From NCBI GenBank assembly GCA_025594325.1, contig JANHCV010000002.1, positions 1,736,001 to 1,800,000 on the forward strand: DNA of 64,000 bases, written 5' to 3'. Every line of letters starts with the position of its first letter. Position 1 is the first letter of the stretch. Origin of the DNA: Blastocladiella emersonii ATCC 22665 (taxonomy: Eukaryota; Fungi; Blastocladiomycota). Positions 42,645-54,600 of this stretch are shown piece by piece. The position numbers and the translations under genes are program-made. The notes under the pieces were generated by a model. The model saw only the letters and a program-made list of their open reading frames with translations. It did not search any database and was not told the DNA's origin.

Positions 42645-43391
42645 CGTTGCAGGTAGTGTGGATCAGAACGGGACGGTTATTCTTGAGCTGGAGCAGCCCG
42701 ATTTGGTCGAGGGCCAGGTAGAGCGAGAGATGCGGTGGGGGCCGGGCGCGCAGAGTCGATTTGAGCAACGCGCGAACCGCCACCGTGTTTGCTGTCCAAG
42801 CTCGGCGTTGCACAGGAACGCCGGCGCTCATCGAACTTCACGTGTGCAAGACGCGGATTTGCCTCGCCTCGATTTATTTCTTCCGCGAGAGACGCGTGGA
42901 ACGCGTGGGAGACGCGGCACCGCGACGCGTCGGCGCTCACGTGGAGGTCACGTTTGCGGTGCGAGACATGTGAGACGCGTTCCGTCTCCCGCAAAATTCC
43001 GCGTTTGTCCGGTGGCCAGGGCAGCGTTCCAGCGATCACATGCTTCACCCGGATGGATCGCTTCGATCGAGCCGCGTGGCCGAGTCGTCGGTGACGACCT
43101 GAGAGACCCGACTCCCACCCTGCTCTTCAAAGCAGACACGACCGCGGCCACTGCTCCTCGTCACTGAGAACCCCAACGCGCACGTGGTTGTGGTGGCCGC
43201 GGTCCGAAACAGGGCATCGTGCGAGGCGCGTGAACATGAAACTCAGGAGCAGAGGAGCGAACGGGTGCACGCCTTCGCCGGGCTCGATCCCTGGGCGTCT
43301 GCCGTCACATCGCCGAGTCCCTGGCGCCTTCAGAGCAACTTAAGCGCCGGAGGAGGCGGCTCTCGACGCCCGCTCTCCGCCATCTCGCATC

Positions 43392-44271
43392 ATGAATCGT
43401 CCTCTCCTTGCTGCTCTGCTCGCGGTCCTCGCGGTGGCCGCGGCCATGGCGGGCCCGATGCCGCAGGTCTCGTCCACAACCACGTTCACCGAGACCAACT
43501 CGACGACGATCACGGTCAGCGACGGGACGCACCGGACCAGCACCACTAACTCGACCACGTCCCGGACCTCGCTCCCGTCCGCGGGATCCGCGGTGCCGGT
43601 GCCGGCGCCCGATCCGGTCGCCGCGCAGTGCATGATCATGTACGCATCACGCTGCACATTGTAGTGCTCAGTCCGCTCACTCGTCCGTCCACTTTAGGGC
43701 CGAGACCATGTCCTCGTGCCTGCTGACGAGCGACTTCACCGACTCGATCGCGGGCGGGGACAAGATGCTCGACGAGCGGACGTGCAGCGCGCGTTGCCGC
43801 CAGGTGTACGCGGATACGCTCAAGAGCGACCCGGGCAAGTGCACCGTCGCCAACTCGGGCCGGCGCGGCGCGTATCTCGAGTTCCGCGCCAACATTCTCC
43901 CCCTCAACTGTGCCAAGCGCGACGGCCAGAACGCGTACCCGCGTGTGGAGGACGCTCTCAAGGTGGGCGACCCGAACAACACGCTGCTCACCGAGAACCC
44001 GGCGGCCATCGACAAGCGGTTCCTGTGCACGCCGTGGATGGAGACCATTTGCGGGGTGTGGGACGCGAAGCGGCCGCGGTACTTGGAGATGGTGCAGCGG
44101 TTCCCCGACGATTTCGCGGCGAGCGATCTGCCCAACACGACGGTGATCCGCGGGATCTGCGGGTTCAGCCAGGGCAGGGCGGCGAGCGGGGCGATGGCCG
44201 CGGTCGGCGGCGGGTCGGTGGTTGTCGCGGTGGCCGCGGTGCTCGCCGCCATGTTCGCGCTTACTGTCTGA
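43392..44271 (+). CDS. Secreted, probably GPI-anchored Cys-rich surface protein with a Ser/Thr-rich segment
   Basis: Signal peptide MNRPLLAALLAVLAVAAAMA, Thr/Ser stretch, an intron (GTACGC...CTTTAG) that splices in frame, about 9 Cys, and a C-terminal small-residue spacer plus hydrophobic tail. Confidence 0.8.
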
Positions 44272-44368
44272 GCGCTTGCCGTTCCGTGCTCAACGTCCTC
44301 GTCAGGACGATCACCATAGATGATAGAGAAGACGATTGAATAGATTGGTCCCTCTGACCTGGCCCTCC

Positions 44369-46360
44369 TCACACAACGACCCACGTCACAACGACGCCGA
44401 GCACCGTCGCCGAAAGGAGCATCGGGACCGACATGACCGAGAACCCGACGCGGGAGAACGACGTAGGCCGCATCGGCACGCCGTTGGCCGCGAGCGACTG
44501 CGCCCAAATCAGCCCCGCGAGACACCCGGGCAGCGCGAGCGTCGGTCCGAGATTGCTCCCAGCAACGACCGCGTACGCGGCAGCACGAACGACCCGTGGA
44601 TCCGCCGCAACCCGCGCGCGAAACGCCGGCGACGTCAGCACCTTGGTCAGCAGCAGCGTGAGCGGGAGGTTGCTCATGCCCATACTCCCGACGGCCGCGA
44701 CGAGCGTAACGAGGACAGCGGCGACGAGTGGGCCGTGCGCGCAGAGCCCGTACGCGGCACCCGCGCCGAGCCACGCGACGACCTGCGTCGTATCCAGCGC
44801 CTCGACCATGGCGAACTCGCCCAGCAGGAACGGGAGGACTGCCCATGGGATCCGGTCCAGGCACGTCGCGATGCGCGGGAACCGCGCTGCGACGCGCGCC
44901 AGGGCGTCCGTGTCGCCGCCGAGCCCGTTCACCGAAGAAGCGGCGATGGGCGAGGCCGAGAAGTCGGTCCCGGACCCGGCGCCGCCGCCGTCGCTCAGCG
45001 TGCTCGTGGCGTCGGTCGTGTCGATGCGGTGAAGGTGCAGGTGCGGCGCGGGCTCGCCGAAATGTAGCGTCGAAATGCCCGCGTCGCTGGTGCGGTGGCG
45101 GCGGCGGTGTGCGAGCACGTCGGGCGACTTCTCGTCGTGCTGGTGGTGGCCCGTGCTGCCAACAGCGACGAGGTGCGGCGCGGCGGACTGGACCGCGGTG
45201 CGGGCGGGGCCCGCGGCGTCGTGGTGGTGGTGGTGGTGGTGGTGGAGCGCGGTGGGGTCAAAGAGCTTGGAATCGGGTATCGCAATGGAGTCGTGCTCGG
45301 TTCCCGCAATCGCCGTGAGCTCAAACGAGGCGCGCGCGGGGCCGTCGATCGCCGCCGCATCGCCCGGCATGGGTCCCGCAGCGAGCCGGCCGGCCTCCTC
45401 CTCGGCGAGCGAGGTCGGGAGGACGGGCGAGACGGCGTCGGCGGCGAGGTCGCGGAAGATGGCGATGCCTGCGGCGGCGGTGGTGATGGCCCAGACGGGG
45501 AGGGCGGCGAAGCCCGAGGCGAAGAGCAGCGCCATGCACACGACGGTCAGGGCGGCGAGGAAGGCGCCGGCGGTTCGGTCGCGGATGGCGTGGGCGGGGC
45601 GCAGGTCGATCGGGGCCACGTCGGTCGGGATGTCGGCCTTGAAGTAGAGGTAGGTGCAGACGAGGGTCGAGACGTGCGCGACGAGGGTGACGAGGCCCAT
45701 GGTCGCCGAGAAGTCGAGGGTGCCGAGGTCCATGGCCATGGCGACGACGACGTTGGTGGTGTTGCCCAGGAACCAGACCATGGACAGGGTGTTGGCGGCA
45801 AAGAAGCAGACGAACAGGTACGGCAGCGGGTTGATGCGCGTGTGGCGGGCGAGGTGCAGGAGCAGCGGCGAGAGCGTCATGATCACGACATCGTTGGACG
45901 TGAACAGCGTGAGGACCGAGGCGAGCACGAACACGGAGACGAGCAGGCGGCGGCCGGAGCGGCCCGAGATCTGGAGGACCTTGAGCGAGAGGAACTCGAG
46001 CATGCCCGTGAGGTCGAGGCTGATGCACAGGTAGTTCATCGAGTAGAAGAGGACGAGGATCTGCCACGGCTGCAGGCCCTCGGGGTGGCCGACGACGGCG
46101 GTGCGCAGCGAGCGGCCCTCCATGCTGCCGGCGGCGAGCAGGACCAGGGCGCCGGCAAAGGCAGTCGTGGCGTAGTCGAGGCGCACGCGCATGACGCCGC
46201 CGTGGGCCTGCGACCACGGCAGGCGCATCGGGAAGCTCACGGGGTGCACGGTGAAGACGTTGGTCAGGAGGAAGACGGCGATGGTCAGGTACGCGTGCAC
46301 GGTGAGCGCGGGCAGCGGGGCCGCGGCCGGTGGTGGATCGGGGCTGTTGTCGGTGGCCAT
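44369..46360 (-). CDS. ArsB/NhaD (ion-transporter superfamily) permease, arsenite/silicon-efflux-like, with a His-rich central loop
   Basis: Intronless 663-aa multi-TM ORF with hallmark motifs TLFTSNDVVIMTLSP, ANTLSMVWFLGNTTNV, MSNLPLT and GSNLG. Confidence 0.85.
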   Translation of the reverse strand: MATDNSPDPPPAAAPLPALTVHAYLTIAVFLLTNVFTVHPVSFPMRLPWSQAHGGVMRVRLDYATTAFAGALVLLAAGSMEGRSLRTAVVGHPEGLQPWQILVLFYSMNYLCISLDLTGMLEFLSLKVLQISGRSGRRLLVSVFVLASVLTLFTSNDVVIMTLSPLLLHLARHTRINPLPYLFVCFFAANTLSMVWFLGNTTNVVVAMAMDLGTLDFSATMGLVTLVAHVSTLVCTYLYFKADIPTDVAPIDLRPAHAIRDRTAGAFLAALTVVCMALLFASGFAALPVWAITTAAAGIAIFRDLAADAVSPVLPTSLAEEEAGRLAAGPMPGDAAAIDGPARASFELTAIAGTEHDSIAIPDSKLFDPTALHHHHHHHHDAAGPARTAVQSAAPHLVAVGSTGHHQHDEKSPDVLAHRRRHRTSDAGISTLHFGEPAPHLHLHRIDTTDATSTLSDGGGAGSGTDFSASPIAASSVNGLGGDTDALARVAARFPRIATCLDRIPWAVLPFLLGEFAMVEALDTTQVVAWLGAGAAYGLCAHGPLVAAVLVTLVAAVGSMGMSNLPLTLLLTKVLTSPAFRARVAADPRVVRAAAYAVVAGSNLGPTLALPGCLAGLIWAQSLAANGVPMRPTSFSRVGFSVMSVPMLLSATVLGVVVTWVVV

Positions 46361-46980
46361 GGCTGAAGGGGAGAGAGGGGGGAGCGGTGTCGACGCGTGC
46401 GTGCAGGGCAGTTACATGAGCTTCATGGGCGGCGCTACGGCCAAGGCAGCGCGACCAGTGACGATCGGGTCAAGCACGGACTGGATGAGGAGTGAGGAGT
46501 GAGGGTGGCGAGGGCGGCGACGTGAGAACTCAGGGACGGAGTCTGCGGCGCCGCCACGCACGTGGCCATCGACTCTATCGCGAAGAGCCGTGCGATGCTT
46601 CTGCGCCGCAAGGGATGTCGAACAAATGATTTGGACCGTCGAGAATGCTGTCCACGTCATTAAACACATATTTGCGCAAAAGCGTGCCCAAGGGCAACGG
46701 GGGAGCGAGCGCCAAAAGCGGTGCCCGTGAGGTGGCGCTGTGTGCGCTCGCGCCGCAAGGCTGGCCGGCTGGCCCACGCACTCCACTGCCCTCTGCATTC
46801 GTCGCCCTCTCCTGCTTTCAAGTCGACGCTCTCTCCTCGCTCCCTGCAACGCATCGACGCCCGCTCCGTCCCTCTGCGCCGCACTCTCGAACAGTGCCCG
46901 CAGACGCCGACGGCCTTTGATTTTGACCCTCAGCGGCGCCACCGACCGACCCACCCGCTCGTCCACTCCTCTCCGTCGCC

Positions 46981-47284
46981 ATGTGGCCGTTCGGCAAGAA
47001 CAAGAAGAAGAAGGAAAAGGAGCGCCTCGCCTCGCAGGCGACGCTCGCCGCCAACGCGGGCCACTTCTCCACCTCCACCAACGGCAGCAACGGCTACCCG
47101 GGCTCGAACGGCACCGCCGCCGCGTCGTCGCAGCCGCTGCGCCCCGCCGCCCCGCCCGGCAGCCTGCCGTCGCTCGACGACTGGGCCACCACGCCGCGCG
47201 TCCAGCAGGGCCTGCCGTCGCCACGCAGCGAGTTCGGGTCCATGGCCCAGCAGCAGCAGCAGTTCCTCCAGCAGCAGCAGTACT

Positions 47285-47324
<40 letters not shown>

Positions 47325-49360
47325 GGGGTACCCGCAGTACGGCATGCCGCAGCCACAGCAGCAGCAGCCGTTCATGGGCGGGCCCAACGGCGGCGGCATG
47401 GCGCGCGCCGCCTCATCCGAGGGCGGTAGCCGCCCGTCGTCGACCGGCTGGCCGTCGGGCGAGCGGCCCGGCATGATGATGGGCCAGGTCCTCACCCACT
47501 CGACCGGCGGCTCGCAGCAGGCCCTGCCCACCGTCCCGCCACCGCACCCCATGACCAGCCCCGAGACCGACACCCCGCCGTGCAAGTACGTCGTCGGTAT
47601 CGATTTCGGGACCACCTACACGGGCTTTGCCTTTCACCGCGTCACCGCCAAGAAGGGCCTGCCCGAGATTGTCGGTACGTCGCTCTGCTCCGTGCAGCGT
47701 TGCTAGCATCTTGGCTCACTCTTACCCGCACGGAACAGGCAACGAGATGTGGGAGGACCAGCCCATGGGCCTCTTCTCGTACAAGACCCCGACCGTCATG
47801 TCGTACGGCACCGCCAACCGCGACAACAAGCTCTACTCGTGGTCGGCCAAGGCCCAGGGCCACGACGTCAACTTTGAGCGCATCGAGCGCGTCAAGCTCG
47901 CCCTCGAGGAGACCATCCCAGAGAACATGCGGCCCAAGCTGCCCTCGGACCTGCCCGCCGAGCACATCATCGCCGACTTCCTCGCGTGGATCCGCGACCG
48001 CATGCTCGCCATGATCCAGGACCGCTACCCCATGGACACCAACCTCAAGCCCAACGACTTTTTGTTCTGCTTCACCGTCCCCGTCGGCTGGTCGCACGGC
48101 GCCCACCAGGCCCTGCGCCGCGCCGCGTCGCGCGCCCGCCTCATCGACCACGAGAACAGCAAGCACCTCATCTTCTGCTACGAGCCCGAGGCCGCCGCCC
48201 TGGCGTGCGTGCACGAGTCGGACATTGACATCACGCCCGGCAGTAAGATGCTCGTCGTCGACTGCGGCGGCGGCACCGTCGACCTGTTCCTGTGCAAGCT
48301 CGACGAGAACAACGACCTCGAGGAGCTGACGCTGTCGGACGGCCGGTTCCTCGGCGCGACGCGCGTCGACACCAACTTCTTCACCCTGCTGCGCCAGCGC
48401 ATCGGGCTCGTCGCCTTCGACAAGTTCAAGTCGCAGCCCGAGTTCCGCAAGCAGTACACGGAGATCGAGTGGAAGTGGGAGTTCTTCAAGCGCCAGTTCA
48501 ACGGCACCCTGCGCGACCCGCTCGCCATCACGCTCCCGCAGCAGCTCCTGCGCATCATGTCGCCCGCCAAGCTCAACGAGCTGTCGACGGGCGAGGTGAT
48601 CCTGACCCAGGAAGACGTCCGGTCGCTCTTCGACCCCGTCATCGAAGAGATCATTGCCGCGACGCGCGCGCAGCTGCGCCAGGCCGAGGAACAGGGGATC
48701 GGCCGCGTCAACTACCTGTACGTGGTCGGCGGGTTCGGGTGCAACGCGTACGTGCGCAAGCGCGTCACCGAGGACACGGAGGTCGCGCAGCACGTCGACT
48801 ACCCGATGCTCCCGCGCCGGCCCGACGCGGCCGTCCTGCGCGGCGCCGTCTGGTGCGCGCTCAACCACCAGAACATCAAGTCGCGCCGCGCGCGACGCAC
48901 CATCGGGATCCAGGTGCTCCGCCGGTTCGACCCGAACCGCGACAGCCCCTCGGAGATCGCCTCGTTCGACCCGACCGCGCCCAACGACCTGTCGCGCGCC
49001 CACGTCGCCAAGTCCGTGTTCGTGTTCGCCGTCCGCGGCATGTCCGTCCCCTACAACGCGCGGCTCGTCCGCGGCGGGTTCTGCGTCCGGTCCACGGACC
49101 AGCGCGTCATCAACGTGTGCGTCTACGCGTCTGACGCGACGCCGCCCGCCGGGTCGAACCGGCTCGAGATCGACGACTGCGAGCTTGTCGGCACGATCAG
49201 CATTCAGCTCCCGCCGTTCGCCGCCGGCCAGGCGCTGCCCCGGTTCACCATCGAGATCTCGTACGGCCGCGTCGAGCTCGCCGTCCGCATCGTCGACGAG
49301 GCCACGGGGCAGGAGTGGAGCCAGTTCCTCAACCACGGCCACTTTGAGATTCACCAGTAG
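46981..49360 (+). CDS. HSPA12-like atypical Hsp70/actin-fold ATPase with a Q-rich N-terminus
   Basis: VVGIDFGTTYTG, FTVPVGW, YEPEAAALAC, VVDCGGGTVD, YVVGGFG and AVLRGAV motifs. Intron 47675-47738. Confidence 0.88.
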
Positions 49361-49484
49361 TGATTTCCTTTTTGTCCTCGCCTTTTTGTGTTCCCCCTCC
49401 CTTAGACCTCCATTGCAATGCAACAGTTTAATCCAAAAACAAGTCTACTGATACAGCTTCCCATTCGCATCCAACTTCGAGTCC

Positions 49485-51176
49485 TCACCACGACGCCTGA
49501 TGCCCTGCCTGATGCCCACCTCCCTGCTGCGACCCAGCCGCATTCACGCGGTCGCGCACCTGCGCCGCGCGGCTCACGTCGTGCGTCTGCGGGAACAGCG
49601 ACCGGCCGCGGACCGGGGCCCCGTCGCGGCCCATCGCGGTCCCCGCGGTCCCGATCTCGCTCGTGCTCGCCATCGTCCGCAGCGGCGGCGGCGACGCCCG
49701 TGTCATCCCGCCCGCCACCGGCACCGCGGGACGCCGCCCGGGTCCCACGGCGCGCAGCGGGAAAGCGTCGGGCCCGCGGTCCAGCGACGGCGGCGCCGAG
49801 GACGACGGAGACTCGGGCCGCCCGCTGCCCGCGCCGTCGTGGCTCAGCTCGCGCACCCGGAAGAACGGCGACGGCACGCTCCCGCGGTCCGTCGACGCGG
49901 CCGGTGAGCTCGGGTTTGACGACGACGGGATCCACCCGTGCGGCGACGGCGCGCGTGGCGGGAGCGACGGTAGCGTTGGCGCGGTCGACACCAGGTTGCC
50001 GTACGGCGGGCGCCGGAAGGAGGTCGCGTCGCGCGGGGACGGCAGCGACGTGTACTGGTACTGGTCGATCACGTCGTCGGTCTCGTCGCGCGGCGCGGGC
50101 GCGCGGGAGGACGGGGCGCGGCGCGGGGGCGGGAAGTTGGTCGAGCTGCTGGCCGCAGTGCGAGGAAGGGGAGGGGGCGGGGGCGAAGAAGTGCTCTTGC
50201 GCAGGCCCATGGTGCTCTCGGACTGCAGCCGCGGGACGGACGTCGACCGCGGGAAGCGCGGTGGTGCGGGACCCGACGACGACGAAGAGCCGGCGGCGTG
50301 GTGGTGCGGGGTCCGCCTTGGCGGGAAGTTGGTCCCGACGGCCGAACCCGCGGGCGACGAGGTGGTCGAGGCGGGCAGCGGGATGTCGGCGGCGAGAGCG
50401 GCGTAGCCGCGTGGTGGCAGGTGCCCGCTACCGCCGTTGGACGCGGTGCGCGATGGCGGGAACTGCAGGTTGGTCGGCTCGGTCGCGGCGCGCTGCAGCG
50501 GCGGTGGCGGGTGGTGGTGGGTGTACTGCGGCTGATGCTGCGGCATCGTCGCGTACTGCTGCTGCTGCTGCGGGTACTGCAACGGCGTCGGCAGGGCAGG
50601 CGGCCCGAGCTCGCTCAGGCCATCGTTGCCGAGCTCGGGCGAGAAGGTGACTCCGCGCGGGCTCGACGGCAGCGGCGGGAGCGGGAGCGGGCCGAGCGCG
50701 ACGAGCGGCTTCGCGGGCGGGGCGGCGGGCGACTCGCGCAGACGGCGCAGCTCGGCCTGCAGCGTGTTGATGGCGTTGCGCAGGGCGTCGAGCCACTTGG
50801 TGATCTCGTCGGTCGACAGCGGGTTGATGTACCACACGTCCGGGTGGTCGTGCGCCTCGTCGCTCTCGATCCGGATGGCGGTGCGGCCTAACGGGTGGGA
50901 AGGATCAGCTCGGTGATCAATCGCGGCAGTGCCTGGCGTCCCCAAGGATGTGTATGTACCCTTATGATCCATCAACCGCACGGTCGAGTATGGCGTCAGC
51001 GTGATCAGGCCGAGCGACGGGACCGTCGGGGACTTGTGCATGGTGAGCGTGGCCAGCGTCGGGTGCACGGTCAGGCGCAGGAACCGCCGCTTCCACGGCT
51101 TGAAGAAGGACGTCGAGAAGAGCACGTTGGCAAAGCCGACGGCCCGCTCGACCTCGGACCCCAGCGCCACCATAGA
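49485..51176 (-). CDS. PH-domain adaptor with a coiled coil and a Pro-rich tail
   Basis: FKPWKRRFLRL...DEITKWLDALRNAI is a PH signature. One in-frame intron at about 50891-50959. Confidence 0.75.
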   Translation of the reverse strand, partial: SMVALGSEVERAVGFANVLFSTSFFKPWKRRFLRLTVHPTLATLTMHKSPTVPSLGLITLTPYSTVRLMDHKGTYTSLGTPGTAAIDHRADPSHPLGRTAIRIESDEAHDHPDVWYINPLSTDEITKWLDALRNAINTLQAELRRLRESPAAPPAKPLVALGPLPLPPLPSSPRGVTFSPELGNDGLSELGPPALPTPLQYPQQQQQYATMPQHQPQYTHHHPPPPLQRAATEPTNLQFPPSRTASNGGSGHLPPRGYAALAADIPLPASTTSSPAGSAVGTNFPPRRTPHHHAAGSSSSSGPAPPRFPRSTSVPRLQSESTMGLRKSTSSPPPPPLPRTAASSSTNFPPPRRAPSSRAPAPRDETDDVIDQYQYTSLPSPRDATSFRRPPYGNLVSTAPTLPSLPPRAPSPHGWIPSSSNPSSPAASTDRGSVPSPFFRVRELSHDGAGSGRPESPSSSAPPSLDRGPDAFPLRAVGPGRRPAVPVAGGMTRASPPPLRTMASTSEIGTAGTAMGRDGAPVRGRSLFPQTHDVSRAAQVRDRVNAAGSQQGGGHQAGHQASW

Positions 51177-51615
51177 TGCAGGTTGGTCGGTCAAGTGCTG
51201 GTGGTGGTCGTGGCGGTGGTCGGTGGGTGATGCGTGATCAAAGCGGCGGTCGGCCGCGTTTCCAGTCTACTCTAGCGTGGTGTCGATGCGTTGCGTGATG
51301 ATGTGATGGGTGGCGTCGCCTCGGACGGGGCCGAGGAGAAGAATGCGAGAAGGGCAGGGCAGGGCAGGGCGGCGCCAGGGAACGGAACGGCGGCGGAACG
51401 GCGAGGGCGCGATCGGCGAACCTTGGGCGCAACGGCACGTGCGTGGCGAGGGCTTGGCTCATTCCGCTTTCGCTTAATTGCGCCACTCACGCGACTTCAT
51501 GCGGGGCCGAGCACGTGGCGCAACGCGTCTCGCGTCTCGCGTCTCCGGTCGTGCTCTCGCATATCCTGCCCCACCAACCCGCACCCATGCATCCACGGCA
51601 TCACCACATCTAGCA

Positions 51616-54600
51616 ATGTCAAAGAAACCCGCCGGCGGTGGCGCCGCGGCCGCCGCCAACGCGAAAAAGTCCAAGGACCCCAACGTCCTCTACCCGCCGC
51701 GCGACGTGCCTATCCCGCTCGCCCTGCCCGAAGCGCGCCGCATCACCGTCTCAGCGCACGACCTCGGTGCTGCCGTGGCTGCGTCGCCGCCGCGACCCAC
51801 ACTCCTACGCCCGCTCAACGCAGGTCCGCACTTTTCGGCCGGGACCGAGAAGAAGCTCTCGACCGTCGTCGCCGCCGAGACCAAGCGCAAGCAGGACGCG
51901 CAGAGACGGCTCGCCGAGTCGCAACAGCAGCAGACAGTCGCCGCCCCGAGTCCGGCCGAGTCGAAGCTCGGCGTCCCCGCACCCGCCGCCGGACGACGCG
52001 GGTCCGTCGCTCCACCACCTGCAGCACCTCCAGCTGCCGCCAAGGCCGCTGAAAAGGCGCCCGCACGTAAACCGAGCGGTGCTGCTGCTGGGGCTGCCAA
52101 GGGCAAGCCCGCCGATGCAGCAGGCGGGTCGGCCTCGCGCCGCGAGTCGGGCGGTGCTGCTGCACCCGCGAGCTTCGCGTCCGATCCCGCGCTCGCCGAC
52201 GTCTTTGCCAAACTGCCCAGCATCCCGTTCCGCGCCCCGAAACCCAACGACCGCCCGCTGACCCCGCCGGCGCCGCTCCGCCCGCGCGTCCTCGATGCGC
52301 CGACCGACGAGACGCTGCACCCGGCGGACCCGTCGATCCGCGTCCAGTACAGCGCCGCGCGCCGTGCCCACCTCGCATGGCGCGAGGGTCAGGAGCTCGA
52401 GTCCGAGATACCCTTCGACTCTGCGCCGCCGCCACCGCCGACCGCCGGTGACCTCCTCGACGCGTCCGTCTCGACGACGACGACGCGCAGCCTCGACCTC
52501 GTCGTCGCCGCCAACGCCGAGGGCGAGACGGTCGCGGAGCGCAAGTGGTGGCAGCTCGTCGCGTGGGAGGACGCACAGGCCGCGCGCCTGTGGGACCGGC
52601 TCGACGGTGCCGTGCTCGCGTTCCAGGACGCCGTCGACCGGTGCATGGACGACCACTGGGCCGAGCAGGACCGCATCGGCGACCGTATCCTTGCCCAGGC
52701 CGCGCGGATCCGTAACGAGTCGCCCGCGTGGCCGCGCGACCAGCTCCTGACCGAGCTCGAGACGCTGCGCGAACTCGTGACCGACGACGCGTACGTGTTC
52801 GACCTCGCCGAGAGCGAGCTGGCGTGGCACCAGGAGGACGCCGCCGGACGCGTCGCCGAGTCCGTCGACCGGTTCCGCGCCCGCATCCTCGTGCTCCCGG
52901 GCACCCGCGAGGCTGAGGAGGCGGTTGATGAGACCGAGGAGTGCGATAACGCGGACCGCGGCGGCGAGCCTGTTGCGGCTGGTCTCGCTGCGCTCATCCC
53001 GTCGCGCGCCCGGTCCCTGCAGCTGCTCGCGCACCGCGAGCTCGTGCGCGCCAGCATCGACCTGCTCCGCGTCCGCCAGGAGGCGTCGGCGCTGCTCCTC
53101 GGGCTCCAGGTCTCGACCACGCGCCGGTTCCACGACGGCGTCCAGCCCGTCGTCGCCTGGGTGTACGCCGAGTGGCCGCTCGCCCGCGCAAGACACATCG
53201 TCGACCAGTTCCGCGCCACGCACACGTCGCGCGAATGGGTCCGCAACGTCGCGCAGCGCGTCGTTGCGGTGCTCGACGCGCTCGTTGTCCGGTGCCGCCA
53301 CGCCGCCCAGACCCCGACGACGCCCGGTGGAGCGCGGCGTCGGTCGAGCGAGGACCCGCTCGACGCGTCGTTTGCCGAGGCTCCGCCGCTCGACCTCCCG
53401 CCGCTCCCGCTCGCCATTGACGCGGCGGCTGTCGAGGACGCGGTCAAGAACCTGAACCGCTTCCTGTCGGCGATGCAGCACGAGCACGTCGGGCGCGTCA
53501 CGGCGGCGCTGAAGCGCGCGGTCCGCGACCTCCTCGAGGCCGCGCTCCCGTGGCCCGGCCAGCTCACGGACTTTGACACGCTCACGAGGATCGCGAGCGT
53601 CGGCGGCGTGACGGTCGCCGAGCTCGAGCCGTGGTGGATCGGCCGCGCGCTCGCCGCCGATGTCCGGCGGCCCGACTGGGTCCACTTTTTGTACCTCGTC
53701 GGCCGCGAGGCGACCGCGGCCGTCGAGACGCTCGCAGACACGATCCGCGTGGCAAGGCGCTACGCGCGGTGCCTGCACGAACAGTGGGCGATGCAGCAGG
53801 CCGAGATGGCGCGCGTCCGCCGCACGCTCGAGCAGCAGCTCGCCGAGAGCCAGCACGTGCACGACGACGACGTCGCCAAGCACCAGCGCGAGCTCGACCG
53901 ACAGCTTCGCGCCATGGCGGCCGCGACGACCGAGTCTGAGTGTGTCGCCGTCTATGACACGATCAAGGCGATTCTGAGCGAGCTCGAGTATGGTACGGAC
54001 TTTGGAGTGCACTCACTGTACACGCGCGACGTCGCTAACCTGGACCGTTCGCCTGTAGCCTACTCGTCGCGGGCTCGACAGATCAACATGCTCGTCTCGG
54101 GCACCGACGAGGGCGCCGTGTCCAAGTTCGACGGCTACCAGCAGCGGTGGAGCGAGATGATCGTCACTGACTCGATCGACCCGGCGGTTCTGCGCGCCAA
54201 AATCGCCTCGTTCGAGCAGTCCAAGCGGCCGTCGCACGTCGGCTTCGCCGAACGCGCGCGCGGACCCGGCGTCGTGACCATCCGCGAGGACACGAGCAAC
54301 AATGCCTCGCCAACACCCGACCAGTCGGCGGCCGCGGCGGCTGCGCGCGGACCGTCGTACGACGACGACCTCAGCGTGTCGTTCACGGGCAAGCCCGCCG
54401 CCTCGAAGAAGAAGCGCGGCCGCGCCAAGGACACGCCGACCCCGACTGCCATCAACTTCCAGCGGCCGTCCGGGACCCACGCGACGCCGTCCACCGACGC
54501 TGCGCGGGGACCGGCGTCACCCGCCAAGTCGCCCGCGACTCCCGCCACGGGCCCGCTCAACACCAGCAGTCTTGACGGCGTCGTGCTCGGCGGCAACTAC

